Assembly (NCBI RefSeq): GCF_006345805.1
Contig: NC_042997.1
Coordinates: 116,436,001-116,500,000, forward strand
Reading direction: 5' to 3'
Origin: Octopus sinensis
Lineage: Eukaryota
Length of the DNA stretch: 64,000 nt
A program made the translations under genes and the position numbers. The stretch's first letter is position 1, and each line of letters opens with the position of its first letter. The notes beneath the pieces were generated by a model. It saw nothing but the letters and a program-made list of their open reading frames with translations. It searched no databases and was not told the origin of the DNA. Positions 36,780 through 49,745 of the stretch are shown here, one piece after another.

Positions 36780-37445
36780 TTTGCAGTAAACTCGAACTGC
36801 TTCAATGAATAAACCTTGGATATATTTCCAATCAAGACAGGACAACTATTCTTCTTTAATAACACCAAAACACATTCATTGTACACATCAAGGAAACAAT
36901 ATTTCGCTACTATCCTCCATTCAGATGGACAATAACCAGCTAAATTGATGAAAATTACTGCAAAATCTAGAGCCCTCAACATCTAATGGTGACCACATGC
37001 ATAAAACATTGTTTAATGCTGCAACTAATCCTAGTGCCCACAATCTCTAATGAGGACCTCACATATAAAGCATTCTGGACTATGTCCATATAAAGGCCAG
37101 TGAACTGATTGGCCTTGAATCACTCATAAACATACTCCAGCATTTGGCTCACAAGCATGCTGTCTCCTCTCTCTCTCTGTCTTTCCTATTATTACAGTAA
37201 AGGCATCTGCTACTCAGAACTGATTGGTCTTGCACCTCTTCCACCCAGGCATACCTAACCCCTTCCTATCTTCATTTCTTATCCCCTTTGTTGTGTCCAC
37301 TTGACACAACACTAAGCCTCATTTATACCCAGTCTTTACACCCCACAACAATGTTCCCCTGGAAACACCTTCCTGCTCATGTTTTTCCTGCAGGTGGTGA
37401 CTTTCAACAGTTTAAACATACGATTAAAGGCATCACCCTTAACCT
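36780..37445 (+). mobile_element. Highly decayed CR1/Jockey-type LINE 3' portion
   Basis: Fragments LFFFNNTK, LSSIQMD, HAVSSLSL and WKHLPAHVFP are colinear with CR1-like ORF2 C-termini; many stops. Confidence 0.55.
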
Positions 37446-37539
37446 ATCTCAGAGCAGCTGAAAAGGTCATGGGCATTGTCCCTTACTCAAGACTCATTAA
37501 ATAAAAAAAATAAATAAATAAAGCGGTGGGGGACAATGG

Positions 37540-38650
37540 AAGTGTGTGAGGTAGTGAATGTGAATTCTAGGGTAAGAATTAAATTTTTGATGAATGAGAT
37601 TATGCAGGTGAGTTGAGAAGCAGTACCTGATGTAGACATTGATGTAGTGGTTAGAAGGCTTTGTGCATAGCTCAGTAAATTTTGAGATGGCTCAAAACCT
37701 TGAGCCAGTGTGACCTACAACGGGGTTACCATAATTGTAGAACACCTTAGTACTTGTAGCTATGATATTAATTTGTTGGTAAAATTCAAAATAGAATAAG
37801 AGTGAGGACAGATTCAGGAAGATGAAGAGGTTGAATATAAGATAACATTGAAAGAATTATTCTAAGTGGATCCAATGGTATTATAAAAGATTACACCATC
37901 ATCATTATCATCGTTTAGCATCTGTGTTCTACACTTAATGGGTTGGATGGCTTCACAGGATCTGATGGGTCAAAGTGCTGCATCACACACCAGAGTCTGC
38001 TTTAGCATGGGTTCTACGGCTGGATAATCATCATCATTTAAGGTTTGCTTTCCATGCTGGCATGGGTTGGATGGTTTGACCGAGGACTGGCAAGCTAGGA
38101 GGCTGTACCAAGCTCCAATCTGACCTGGCAGAAGTTTCTATAGCTGGATGCCCTTCATAATGCCAACTACTCTGAGAGTGTAGTGGATGCTTTTATATGC
38201 CACCGTCATGAGGGCCAGTCAGCTGGCACTGGCAACAACTTCATTCAAATGGTGCTTTTTACATGCTACTGGCATGGGACCAGTCAGGTGGTACTGGCAT
38301 CAACCATGCTCATATGGTGCTATTTATGTGCCACCAGCATAGGAGCCAGTCCGATGGGACTGGCATCGACTACACTCGAATGGTGCTATTTACGTGCCAT
38401 ACAGGATCCTTTCTTTGAGCCACCAATACTATTGAATTTGCGATGCAGCTTGCAAGACTATGCACTCCAAGGGAGTGGGGTCAGATTTATGCTAGGGAAT
38501 GAGGGGTTAAAGTATGAGAGAATACAGAGTAGGTTCTTGTAGAAGAGCTGCATGGCTTCTCACATTTAGAGAAGGAGAGAATGATCAGTAGGTGATTTGA
38601 AGAGGTGGATAATCAAGATGAGGTGTTCAAGACAAACTAAGAAGTCTTAA
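37540..38650 (-). mobile_element. Decayed Penelope-like RT remnant interrupted by RTE tails
   Basis: Minus-strand FIKNLILTLEFTFTTSHTSI (about 37540-37600) and HLFKSPTDHSLLL (about 38560-38610) recall PLE RT motifs HP-LKFT and KPTDSHSYL. Confidence 0.35.
38030..38400 (-). mobile_element. RTE 3' end
   Basis: Tail plus tandem units. Confidence 0.8.
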
Positions 38651-39232
38651 GTGTCAAGAGGAAGGAAAACAAGGAATGTTTAAAACAATAAAGCTGTGAT
38701 TAGCATCCAAGATGTGGGAGGAAAGAGTGGCACCAATAAAGAACACAAGCCTGCCAAAGTAGCTAGACAACAACTAAGAGGGACAATTACCATATTCTCT
38801 GACATACATGTAACATTTTCCTGACCAAAATTTACAACCAAAACAAGTAGGTTGACTTATACACCAAGACAAATTTGGGGAACAAAAATTCCATGTGAAA
38901 TGCCACAGGATTTGGAAAGGAAACAATGAGGTTTTAATGTTTACACTACATTGTTACACTATACTTACCTACTTCTACTTGTGGTGGCATTCCCCCCTGT
39001 GTGGTTTGAGCTGGTTCTGATCAATCATTTCACCAGGTCCCTCATGAATGCCAATCACGTCTGATGATACAGCCCTAACATTCCTATAGACCAGAAAATG
39101 ATTCTGCTTGTGACCTAAAAATCTAGCTTGCAGATTTGACAAATGCCCCACTGAGAAAGCAAGTGCATCAGATATACATTAACCCTTTCATTACTGTATT
39201 TATTTTGTGTTGCTCTATTTTTCTCTCAATTA

Positions 39233-40066
39233 TCTATATATATAAAACTGAGAATGTGTCTGTCTGTCTGTCTGTGTGTTTCCCTAAAATTTGAGAACTG
39301 CACAACCAATTTCATTCAAATTTTACACATGCCTTACTTAGTGTCCGGGGAGTGTCATCGGCAAAAAAATTGTTCAACTTCTTGCCTAGAGCGAGCCCAT
39401 AGCAATATCATATCTTCTCCACTATTTCAGTATTACGTGTTAAAAGTGAAACAAAAACATTTCTCTATTTTATGTCAGATACTTTCACTTTAACAATAAA
39501 AATAATAATAACAATTGAATTATATGTAGTAAGTAATAATTAAAATCAAACTAAAGTATAATATAATCGTAACATAACAAAAGTCAAAATAGCAATTGGT
39601 ATAAAATTGCATCAATGACTTGAACTTGAATAAGTGGTTTCACATGAATGGGAATAAATTAAAAATAAAATTAGCGTGCAGAAATGGAATAGTACAAATT
39701 AAAAATAAAATTAGCGTGCAGAAATGGAATAGTCCAAATTAAAAATAAAATTAGCATGCAGAAATGGAATAGTCCAAATTAAAAATGTCCCCCTAGAAGT
39801 AGAGGTAGGCTGGATTGTAGCCACACTTCTATACAAGAGGGAGGACAAGATACAATTGATCAAAATTGCAAGAGACGGGCCTACAATTTCAGTCTGTTAT
39901 ATATTTTGAGTACTGTTATCACTAGCGATATCAAGATATAACTTTGTATTTTGTATTTTATGTGTAGATGTATATATATAGATTTACATGTAATATGTAC
40001 GCATATATATACACATATATACTTGCACTAGCACTATGACCCGGCAACGACGGATCATAATGCTAG
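39233..40066 (+). mobile_element. Non-autonomous Helitron
   Basis: Inserted A|TCTATATATATAAAA...gacccggcaacgacggatc (hairpin)...CTAG|T, with no TSD. Has (TGTC)n near the 5' end and an internal 40-bp tandem repeat. Confidence 0.88.
39656..39785 (+). repeat. 40-bp minisatellite, about 3.3 copies
   Basis: aaattaaaaataaaattagcgtgcagaaatggaatagt(a/c)c repeated. Confidence 0.9.
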
Positions 40067-41247
40067 TTTTAAATAAACAAAGAATTTAGTAAAATTGCTT
40101 AGTTGCCATTAACCTAGGGTTAGGAACATAAATTGTGACTAAGGTGGAAGATTTTAATTCAAAACTTATGAAAATGAGACATTTGTACAACAGAGCCAGA
40201 GTTGGCTTCAGCCAGGTTGGTAACGAAAGGGTTAAGTCAACTTGCATGCCAGAAAATATGGTATAAGCAGAGACGATAAAGCAAAAGAGATTGTTAGATT
40301 TGTGAATTTATGGGGTGAAAATGTAGATAGAGTACTTTTAGGATGACCATTATGACTGTAGGAGGAATTGAACTGGACAAAAAAGGAGCAGAAAAGGAGC
40401 TTCCTGGTCACAAGTAAGGTTTCTTGGTAAAATTTTTCTGTAAGGGACCAGGTTGTCTTGCTGGGTTTGGCAAATATAAAAACTGGGAACAAATCGAGAT
40501 CAAGGAATGCAATATCAAAGAATTATCAACTTCATAGTAATTAGTATTAAAAAAGACTACTGTTCAGATCATCATCATCTGCTGCCACCATCATCACTAC
40601 CATCACCAATATATATATTATTAGTTCTACAACCACTACCACTACCACAATCACAACAGCAAAACTCTCACGATGATGTAGATGATGATGATGATGATTG
40701 TGGTCATGGTGATTGCAATCAAATGCTTTCATATCTAATTACTGAATTTCTTTGTGATAAATATCAAATATTTTCCAAGACACATCATTTTATATTGAAA
40801 ATTAAGACATGAATTTACAATTAGTTTATAAACAAGTTTTTATTCTAAATTTTTTTTTTTTCAGATAGAAATTGTATATAAAAGTTAATAATATTCTGAA
40901 TTGCTAACAAGTTAGCAAGCTAGCATTTACATATTAGTCAACAATATTGACAAATTTAATGACTAATCTTTGAGCAAGATCTAAAGAGGTAATAAAGACT
41001 ATGTATATACCTTTTATCGTTTATTTGTTTCAGTCATTAAACTGTGGCCAAGCTGGGGCACTGACTTGAAGAAGTTTTAGACAAACAAATCAACCCTGAA
41101 ACTTATTTTTTTTTAAAGTCCAGTACTTATTCTATCAATCTCTTTTGCTGAATTGCTGAGTTACAGGGATATAAACAAACCGACACTGGTTATCAAGTGG
41201 TGGTGGGAGACAAACAGACAGACACATAGACAATCACACACAGATAT

Positions 41248-41690
41248 ACCTATTTCTTTACTACCCACAAGGGGCTAAACATAGAAGGGACAAACAAGGC
41301 AGACAAACAGATTAAGTCAATTATATCAACCCCAGTGCGAAACTGGTACTTTATCGACCCCGAAAGGATGAAAGGCAAAGTCGACCGTGGCGGAATTTGA
41401 ACACAGAATGTAACGGCAGACGAAATACCGCTAAGCATTTTTGCCCGGCGTGCTAACGTTTCTGCCAGCTCGCCACCTTATTTCTTTACTACCCACAAGG
41501 GGCTAAACATAGAGGGGACAAACAAGAACAAACAAAAGGATTAAGTCGATTACATCGACCCCAGTGCAAAACTGGTACTTTATTTATCGACCCCCAGAAG
41601 GATGAAAGGCAAAGTCAACCTTGGCAGAATTTGAACGTAATGGCAGACGAAATACCGATAAGCATTTCGCCTGGCGCGCTAATGTTTCTG
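41248..41690 (-). mobile_element. SINE family C, two copies in tandem
   Basis: Two body units, each ending in head sequence. Confidence 0.85.
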
Positions 41691-42014
41691 ATATATAGCC
41701 AAGTCACTCCTCTACAACAAGAACGACCTTCTCACCCTCCCTACTCACTTCTCTCATTGTTTAACCCTCACATTTTCTGACATAAAGCTGCCCCACTACC
41801 ACCACCACCTCAGGTTTTTCAATATTGCAGACAGCGTGGTGACCCCAGTAGTAGTGGTGCCACATAAAATGCAGCCAGCACATGTTGTAAAGTAACTGGT
41901 GTTAGGAATGGCATCCAGCCATAGAAATCATGCCAAAGCAGACACTGGTACACGATGCCATCCTTGGGCCCATCAGATCCTGTCAAACCATCCAATCCAA
42001 GACAGCATATTATT

Positions 42015-42364
42015 TTTACTTGTTTCAGTCATTTGACTGCAGCCATGCTGGAGCACTGCTTTTAGTTGAACTTATTCTTTGTAAGCCTAGTACTTATTCT
42101 ATTGGTCTCTTTTGGCGAACTGTTAAGTTACGAGGATGCAAGCACACGAACATCAGCTGTCAAGCGATGTTGGGACGAGGGGACAAATACACACACAAAT
42201 AAATATACATATATACGATGGGCTTCTTTCAGTTTCTGTCTACTAAATCCACTCACAAGGCTTTGTTTGACCTGAGGCTATAGTAGAAGACACTTACCCA
42301 AGGTGCCACACAGTGGGACTGAACCTGGAACCATGTGGTTGGGAAGCAAGCTTCTTACCACACA
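42015..42364 (-). mobile_element. SINE family A
   Basis: Reverse copy with an internal deletion, about 100 bp downstream of exon 5. Confidence 0.85.
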
Positions 42365-42465
42365 GCTGATGATGATGATGATGATGGTGAAAGGGAAAAG
42401 TATATGTAAAATTACTGATAATAGCAACAACGATGAGAAATTCACTTCTAAAAAATATAACTCAC

Positions 42466-42560
42466 GTGAGTGGAAGGTCATTCATGTGAATAGCAATTGC
42501 ACTTAATATATGGATGGTTGTTTCCATAACAATGTTCATATCAATATCAGGAACATCAGT
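42466..42560 (-). CDS. STK36: STK36 exon 5 in window (TDVPDIDMNIVMETTIHILSAIAIHMNDLPL-T)
   Basis: Acceptor tatatcactttcag|ACT, donor CTCAC|gtgagt; 95 nt, phase 0 to 2, exactly what bridges exons 4 and 6. Confidence 0.87.
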
Positions 42561-42980
42561 CTGAAAGTGATATATTTAGAAGACATGAACAAGGAGAAAA
42601 TCATTGAGTTAATTAATTATATAAGAAAAAAATTGAGAAATAGAAAAACAGTTAAGATAAGAGGGATTTTGTCTTACTAGTGACTTGGTGACCTCACTAG
42701 TGTTGGTGCCATGGAAAAAGCACCCCAGTACACACTGTGAAGTGATTGGTGTTAGGAAGGGCATTTCCTGATTTTCTTTGTTAAGCACAAGGCCTCTTAT
42801 AAAGATGGGACAATACAAAGACAGACAAAACAATACAGAGGGGTGCACAAAACATATAATGGATGAAATTATGAATAAATGATAAATGAGATGAAATGGC
42901 TTATCTGCACCCCACCCCACCCAAGCAGGTAGTTCCATTTTACTGTTTATGCATCACACATTTCATTATTCTTTTTTTCC

Positions 42981-43400
42981 ATCATCATCATCATCGTTTA
43001 ACATCCGTTTTCCATGCTAGCATGGGTTGGATTGTTTGACTGGGGTCTGGGAAACCAGGAGGCTGTGCCAGGCTCTAGTCTGACCTGGCAGTGTTTCCAC
43101 AGCTGGATGCCCTTCCTAATGCCAACCATTCTGTGAGTGTAGTGGGTGCTTTTTATGTACCACTGGCACAGGGGCCAGAGGAGGCTGGCAAATGGCCACG
43201 ATTGGTTTATGCTTTTTACATGTCACCAATACAGATGCCAGTCAGGCGGCACTGACATCAGCCACGTTCGGATGGTGCTTTTTATGTGCCACTGGCACAG
43301 GTATCATAACTGCAATTTCCATTTGATATTTATTTTGATGCTGATGTTGACGTACTTGACTCAATAGGTCTCCTTAAGCACAATGGATCACTCTACGATC
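42981..43400 (-). mobile_element. RTE 3' end
   Basis: Tail, units and part of the unique 3' UTR. Confidence 0.85.
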
Positions 43401-43904
43401 CATCATTTAAAAAAAAAAAAGTCCTTATTTTATAATTTTAAATATCTCACTTACATTCCTTTATATTAGATATTCCACTATGTCCTCAAATGCCACCAAC
43501 GGTGGCAACTCATTGAATCGAAACTGTAATGGTGATATCTCTATCAGTTAGGAAGGGCATATTCTACCATAGAATCTATGCCGTAGTAGACATTGGAGCT
43601 TAGTGCAGTTCTCTGGCTCAATGGTTTCTGACATATTATCCAAGCCATACCAGCATGGAAAGTGGATGTTAAAATGATAAAAAGAGAACTCCTTTATTGA
43701 TTTTTTTAATGATAATGTACTTATTCTAAAACTGATATAAACACAGTGAGGTGAAGTTTCTTAGGCCCTTCTTATTCAGGTAATTCCAGACTCACCGTTC
43801 GGGTAGACAGACAAGAGACAGCTAATATAACTATTAATCTGCCATTAATAGTTGATCCAGTTTAGTTTAAATATTTCAAAAGTAAAATATAAAATATATC
43901 TAAA

Positions 43905-44269
43905 ATAAGAGCACTCAGAGAATGCAAACCTCCACCAAGTTAACATCAACAACCCCTCAACGATTAGCCGGAGATGATTTTTAAGATAAGAATATCTGAA
44001 ATAAACTCGAATGCTCTCACAAACGAGAATACTAAAAATGAACCCGATCGCTATCAAAAATTAATTAAAAAAACAGGGAAAATACTCCAGAATCCTTGTC
44101 CAATACTGGATTGATCCCAAAATCTAATCAGTTTGTGCCAGTCATAAGATCAAACATCCTTAAAAGTTTCATCCGAATCCATCCTGCGGTTCTTGATTTA
44201 TTTTGTCCATGGACAAACAAACACAACTAGAGACAACACCCTTGCCATCACTAAGGCAGAAGTAATAAC
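43905..44269 (+). mobile_element. Non-autonomous element, possibly Helentron-associated (pearl/HINE-like)
   Basis: Subterminal ctccaccaag and aaggcagaag, (ACAA)n and a small hairpin near the 3' end. Classification is from memory and tentative. Confidence 0.35.
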
Positions 44270-44419
44270 ATGAGAGATTTTAAGGCCTTTAAAATACTTT
44301 ATAATAAGTAAGACATAAAAACAAAATCAAATTTATATATTTTATGTATCTTCTTCCTTGTTCCTCAATTTCAAATTTTAACTTCTAATCCTACCAAATA
44401 TTATACAGAAATGATTCTC

Positions 44420-44810
44420 TCATCCTCATCGTTTAACATCCGTTTTCCATGCTGGCATGGATTGGATGGTTCAACTGGAGCCTGGGAAGCCAGGAGGCTG
44501 CACCAGGCTCCAATCTGATCTGGCAATGTGTCTACAGCTGGATGCCCTTCCTAACGCGAACCACTCTGAGAGTGTAGTGGGTGCTATTTATGTACCACCA
44601 GCACAGGAGCCAGGAGCCAGAGAGGGCTGGCATCGACCACAGTCAGATGGTGCTTTTTACATGCCACCGGCACAGAAGCCAGTCAAGGCTGCGCTGGCAT
44701 CAGCCACATTCAGATGGTGCTTTTTACGTGCCACTAGCATGGGGATCACAACTGCTATTTCCATTTGATTGTGATTGGATTTGATTTTGATGTACTCAAT
44801 AGGTCTTCTC
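44420..44810 (-). mobile_element. RTE 3' end
   Basis: Tail, units and part of the unique 3' UTR. Confidence 0.85.
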
Positions 44811-44967
44811 AGACTGCTGTGCTTAAGGAGACCTATTGATTCTCTCTATTGATAACTGGCCACCGGTTAATGTGGCACCACATGTCTTAAAGCATGGAAT
44901 TTTTGAAATCATTCTAATTTTTTTTTTTATAATTTAATATTGAAAATGTAATTTTGCTACGAGATTT

Positions 44968-45548
44968 GGATCTTTACCTTTTGACTGACAGATTTAAAAA
45001 GTAATTTTTTGTAATTAAACACTTTCAAACTACGGACACTGGCAGAATGTGTCATATAGAATATCTTGTACTCTTAGCGTTTTTAAGAAAAGCTTATACT
45101 TACGAAGTTATTTCACGTTAAAGTTCTCGTATTTCGGTAATTTCAACCAATCAATGACATGTATTCAGCTGAATAAAGTTACTGCTGTTGTTTGTCAACA
45201 ACAACTATCGGTGGTGTATTTTTTTATTTGTTACTGTTATTTATGATAACTCTAAAACCTTAAAACCAGTACAAATGCACGAACGATGTCATAAATAACA
45301 GTGACAAACGAAAAATACACCGCCGATAGTTGTTGTTGACAGTAATTTTATTCAGCTGAATACACGTCATTGATTGGTTGAAATTACCGAAATATGACAA
45401 CTTTAACATGAAAAAAAATTTGTAAATATAAGTTTGTCTCAAGAGTAAAAGATGTTTTATATGACACATTCTACCAGTTTCTGAAGTTTGAAAGTGTTTA
45501 GTTACAAGAAATTAGTTTTTAAATCTGTAGGTCAAAAGGTAAAGATCC
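44968..45548. mobile_element. Fold-back/MITE-like element with about 270-bp imperfect inverted arms
   Basis: ggatctttaccttttgac...gttatttatga (44968-45246) is inverted as tcataaataac...gtcaaaaggtaaagatcc (45289-45548). Confidence 0.85.
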
Positions 45549-45919
45549 TGAGATTTTATAGAAGTTAATAACTCTATAATCACTGTCTCAGTTCTAATGA
45601 GTTTATTACACGACTCTTCACATATATTTCTCACAAGTTTTAACCTTACATCAGTTTGAAACAGAAGTCAACAATTATGACCAGATTCTCTTTTTTTTTC
45701 TTCTGATTACTGCCCCCAGGCTACAATAACGAACTTTCACTAAGGAGACGGTCTACAAATGCAATAAACAGAAAATAAAAATGGAATATATTTTTAAACA
45801 GAAAGTAAAACACATCAAAAATATTAAATATTTTCTGCTTCTTTTAAATATTTGTCAAATAATAAAAAATATAGAACTGTTAAAATGAACGTATATATGG
45901 TTGTGTGTCTAACACTGAA

Positions 45920-46186
45920 CACAAGCATACATACTCACACACAAACCCACACATGCATAAACACAAACACATGCATGCATGCACACACACATGCACACAT
46001 ACACACACACAGTTAAATATGTGTGCATGTATATACATACATATATTCACACACACAACACAATATATATAAACTATATGTGCGTATGTATGTGTGTGTG
46101 TGTGTATATATATATAAACATGAGTTGTATGCATGTGTGTGCAATATATATATATATATATGTATATGCATGTATATATATATATA

Positions 46187-46232
<46 letters not shown>

Positions 46233-46261
46233 GTGTGTGTGTGTATATATATATATATATA

Positions 46262-46330
<69 letters not shown>

Positions 46331-46463
46331 GCATGTATATATATATGTATATGTGCATGTATATATATATGTATATGTGTATATATATGTATATGTGTAT
46401 GTGTATATATATATATATATATTATATATGTGTGTGTATATATATTATATATATATATATATA

Positions 46464-46521
<58 letters not shown>

Positions 46522-46540
46522 AGTTGTATACATGTGTGTG

Positions 46541-46577
<37 letters not shown>

Positions 46578-46595
46578 GTGTGTAGGGAGAGAGAG
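45920..46595. repeat. About 670-bp (TA)n/(TG)n compound microsatellite
   Basis: Direct reading; source of the spurious Y/I/C/V ORFs. Confidence 0.97.
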
Positions 46596-47590
46596 TGATG
46601 TAAGGTCATATACTAAGCCATTATACTACCTGACTATTGAAAAGGAAATAGTCACAAAATCAAATTAGATATAAATTTGAAATGTATGATTAGGTCTTTC
46701 TATAACATTGCTTTCCAAAAAAAACCATCTTTTTTCATATTTTTCTTTAGTTACTAAACAACAAACAAATAAAACACATATATGTTGATATATGTTGTTG
46801 TTGTTGTTGTTGTTGTTTTTGTGTATTTGTATAGCCTGAACATGAAGTTATGGTATGAACATATAAACTCCCATGTAATATGATGTGGTAGATGAGTTTT
46901 TTCTTCGGTTTTTTTTTTTGTCTTTTATATATATTTTTTTCAAATGATACTAAGAAACAAGTTGATGGAAACATTGCAAGAGAACTAATATCACATTGAG
47001 ATATTTTTATTCAATTGTTCTGAGATTCAGACAGATTTAATTGACTATGAAACATTAAAGTCTATTGGAAATTTATAGTAAAAAAAAAAGAAAAAAAAAA
47101 AAGAAATCCTGCACACAAAGCATAATGACTGAATAATATTTGAAGTTCTTTATTAATTAAGAATAGCAAAAGCTGGGCACTGCATAATGGGATAAAAAAA
47201 AAAGAAAAAATATAAAACATGATATTTGGTGTTTGTGTTTTTTTTTTGTTTTTGTTCTAAAAGCAAAAATCTATATCTGCATGTAATAAAAATGGATTCT
47301 AAATGACGATCAAAAGTTATTCTGCTGAATAGATTGAGCAGAATAAAAGAGAACAAAAATAGAAAAATTACTAAAGAGAATATCTTATCAGTGGTTAGTG
47401 ATCTGTAACTCTTTAGTACCAATGGGGAAAATGAAAAAAAATATGAACTCTACACAGAAATGTATCTGTCTCAATATAGACACAAACAAGAACAGGAAAA
47501 AGTTACGAGAAGTTGTTGAATTAGGAGAATATTAGTTAAGAAAGTTTTTACCTTAACTCATTACAAATGAAAGTGGAAATATATATATAA

Positions 47591-47975
47591 CTAGCAGTAT
47601 CGCTCGGCGTTGCTCGGTTTTGTTTCGACCCTTTAGAATTGGAACTTTTGAAAAGTAAAAATTTTGCATTATGCAGCTCTTTAAGTGAACATTTTTCTGA
47701 TCGAAATACACTGAAAAATGGCAACACAGCAATCAAAAAATTGTAAAAAAAATAGGGATTTTCATAGAAAAAAAGCACCTTTTTGATGTAAATAATTTTT
47801 GGTGTTAACATGGTCCGATTTGAATTTTTTCTTCTACGGAATGAAGAGCAAGCCTTCTTCTATCATACTCTCAATTTTGGTCAACTTGCGCCACAAGGTC
47901 TCGGAGGAGATAGTGTTAGTTGAAGGCTACCAAACCTGCCATACACAGACAACTTCAGCTTTATATATATATAGA
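47591..47975 (-). mobile_element. Non-autonomous Helitron (second family)
   Basis: Minus strand starts TCTATATATATATAAAGCTGAAGTTGTCTGTG and ends ccgagcaacgccgagcgatactgCTAG|T. Confidence 0.8.
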
Positions 47976-48269
47976 GACTAGTTATATGGTGTTACAATAA
48001 GGTGACGAGCTAGCAGAACTGTTAGCATACCAGGCAAAATGCTTAGCAGCATTTCATCCATTTTTACATACATTCTGGGTTCAAATGCTGGTGAGTCAGC
48101 TTTGCCTTTCGTCCTTTTGGGATCAATACAATAAATACCTATTTCTTTATTACCCATGATACAATAAATACCAGTTCAATAGTGGGTCAATGTAACCAGC
48201 TTACCCCTTCCACTGAAACTGCTGATCTTGTGCCAAAATTTGAAACCAGTATAGCCACTAAACCTTTTC

Positions 48270-48425
48270 CATTTTCTCTCCTTGTTTATTTTTGTGTTCC
48301 TTTCTGTCGAAGAGCGTAGGCTTGAGATTTAAAAGACTCTCTAACTTACCGAGAGTTAAACTAATACATCTGTTTGTTGTTTACACACCCGTCTTCATCT
48401 TTTGTTCTTTTCTGTAAATTCTCAT
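48270..48425 (+). mobile_element. Second Penelope-like terminal fragment with degenerate hammerhead relic
   Basis: CTTT-CTGTCGA-A-GAGC-GTAG-GCTT-GAGA-TTTA-AAAG at 48300-48335 has the hammerhead topology with mutated core bases. Confidence 0.4.
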
Positions 48426-48464
48426 TACAATATAGTATGTTAGGAAGATGGTGAACTGGCAGAC

Positions 48465-49040
48465 AAGGCGGCAAGCTGGCAGAATCGTTAGCATGCCGGG
48501 CAAAATGCTTAGGGGTATTTTGTTTGCCGCTACATTCTAAGTTCAAATTCCGCCAAGGTCGACTTTGCCTTTCATCCTTTCGGGGTTGATTGAATAAGTA
48601 CCAGTTACGCACTGGGGTCAATATAATCGACTTAATCCGTTTGTCTGTCCTTGTTTGTCCTCTCTGTGTCTAGCCCCTTGTGGGTAGTAAAGAAATAGGT
48701 ATTTCGTCTGCCGCTACATTCTAAGTACAAATTCCTCCGAGGTCGACTTTGCCTTTTATCCTTTCGGGGTCGATAAATTAAGTACCAGTTACGCACTGCG
48801 GTCGATATAATTGACTTAATCCGTTTGTCCTCTCTGTGTTTAGCCCCTTGTGGGTTGTAAAGAAATAGGTATGTCTTTATGTTCTGAGTTCAAATTCCGC
48901 CGAGGTCGACTTTGCCTTTCATCCTTTCAAGATCGATTAAATAAGTACCAGTTATGCACTGGGGTCGATGTAATCGACTTAATCCCTTTGTCTGTCCTTG
49001 TTTGTCCCCTCTATGTTTAGCTCCCTGTAGGCAATAAAGA
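48465..49040 (+). mobile_element. SINE family C tandem trimer
   Basis: One head (aaggcggcaagctggcagaatcgttagc) then three units of gtatttcgtctgccg...ccccttgtgggtagtaaagaaatag. Confidence 0.88.
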
Positions 49041-49545
49041 AGTAAATATAACATGTTAAGAATATAAATATTTAGAAAATCTTAAAGAGGGTGAGTTTTC
49101 TGGTTCATCAAGGTTGTACAATTGAAAGGCCTTCCTTTAACTTAGTGTAATTGAACTGATGAAGAACTTACTAATTCTACTACAAGTGAGCTGAAGTATT
49201 GGTTTGGCTATGGACAGACAATATATGAACTAAAACTTCCAGTGACTTGCAGTTCTCTTAGGTTTAGCAACAACAGATTCATTAATAAATCTCTTCAGTT
49301 ACTTTGTCACAGACATTGTTGTGTGTTTAAGTTCAGCTTTGCCTTTTATCTTTTGAGGGTCAATGCAAAAAAAAAAAGACAGATCCAAGGCAGTGGGTTA
49401 AAAGAATTTTTATTATGTCAGGACAGTATGCTTTGGAATATCTGCCCTGCCCCTCTGCATTCTGATAACAATGTCTGCAAAGATGCTGGTGCCAGATTGT
49501 ATCAGCTCAAATCAGTGACCTTTCCCTTGGATTATTTCAACAGTG

Positions 49546-49705
49546 GCATAGGAGTGGCTGTGTGGTAAGTAGCTTGCTTACCAACCACATGGTCCCAGGT
49601 TCAGTCCCACTGCGTGGCACCTTGGGCAAGTGTCTTCTACTGTAGCCTCGGCTGACCAAAGCCTTCTGAGTGGATTTGGTAGACAGAAACTGAAAGAAGC
49701 CCATC

Positions 49706-49745
<40 letters not shown>

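Larger units (their letters stand above)
39183..40231. mobile_element. piggyBac-type MITE hosting a Helitron
   Basis: TTAA|ccctttcattac ... gtaacgaaaggg|TTAA (TTAA at 39179-39182 and 40232-40235). Confidence 0.8.

Noticed and set aside
43796-43850. Minus-strand gtgagt donor with a short open frame
   Set aside because: Stop codon in the frame required to join exon 5 or 6, and no good acceptor.
49172-49260. Minus-strand gtaagt donor with HILSVHSQTNTSAHL resembling STK36
   Set aside because: In-frame TAG before the donor, and the true exon was found at 24998-25061.
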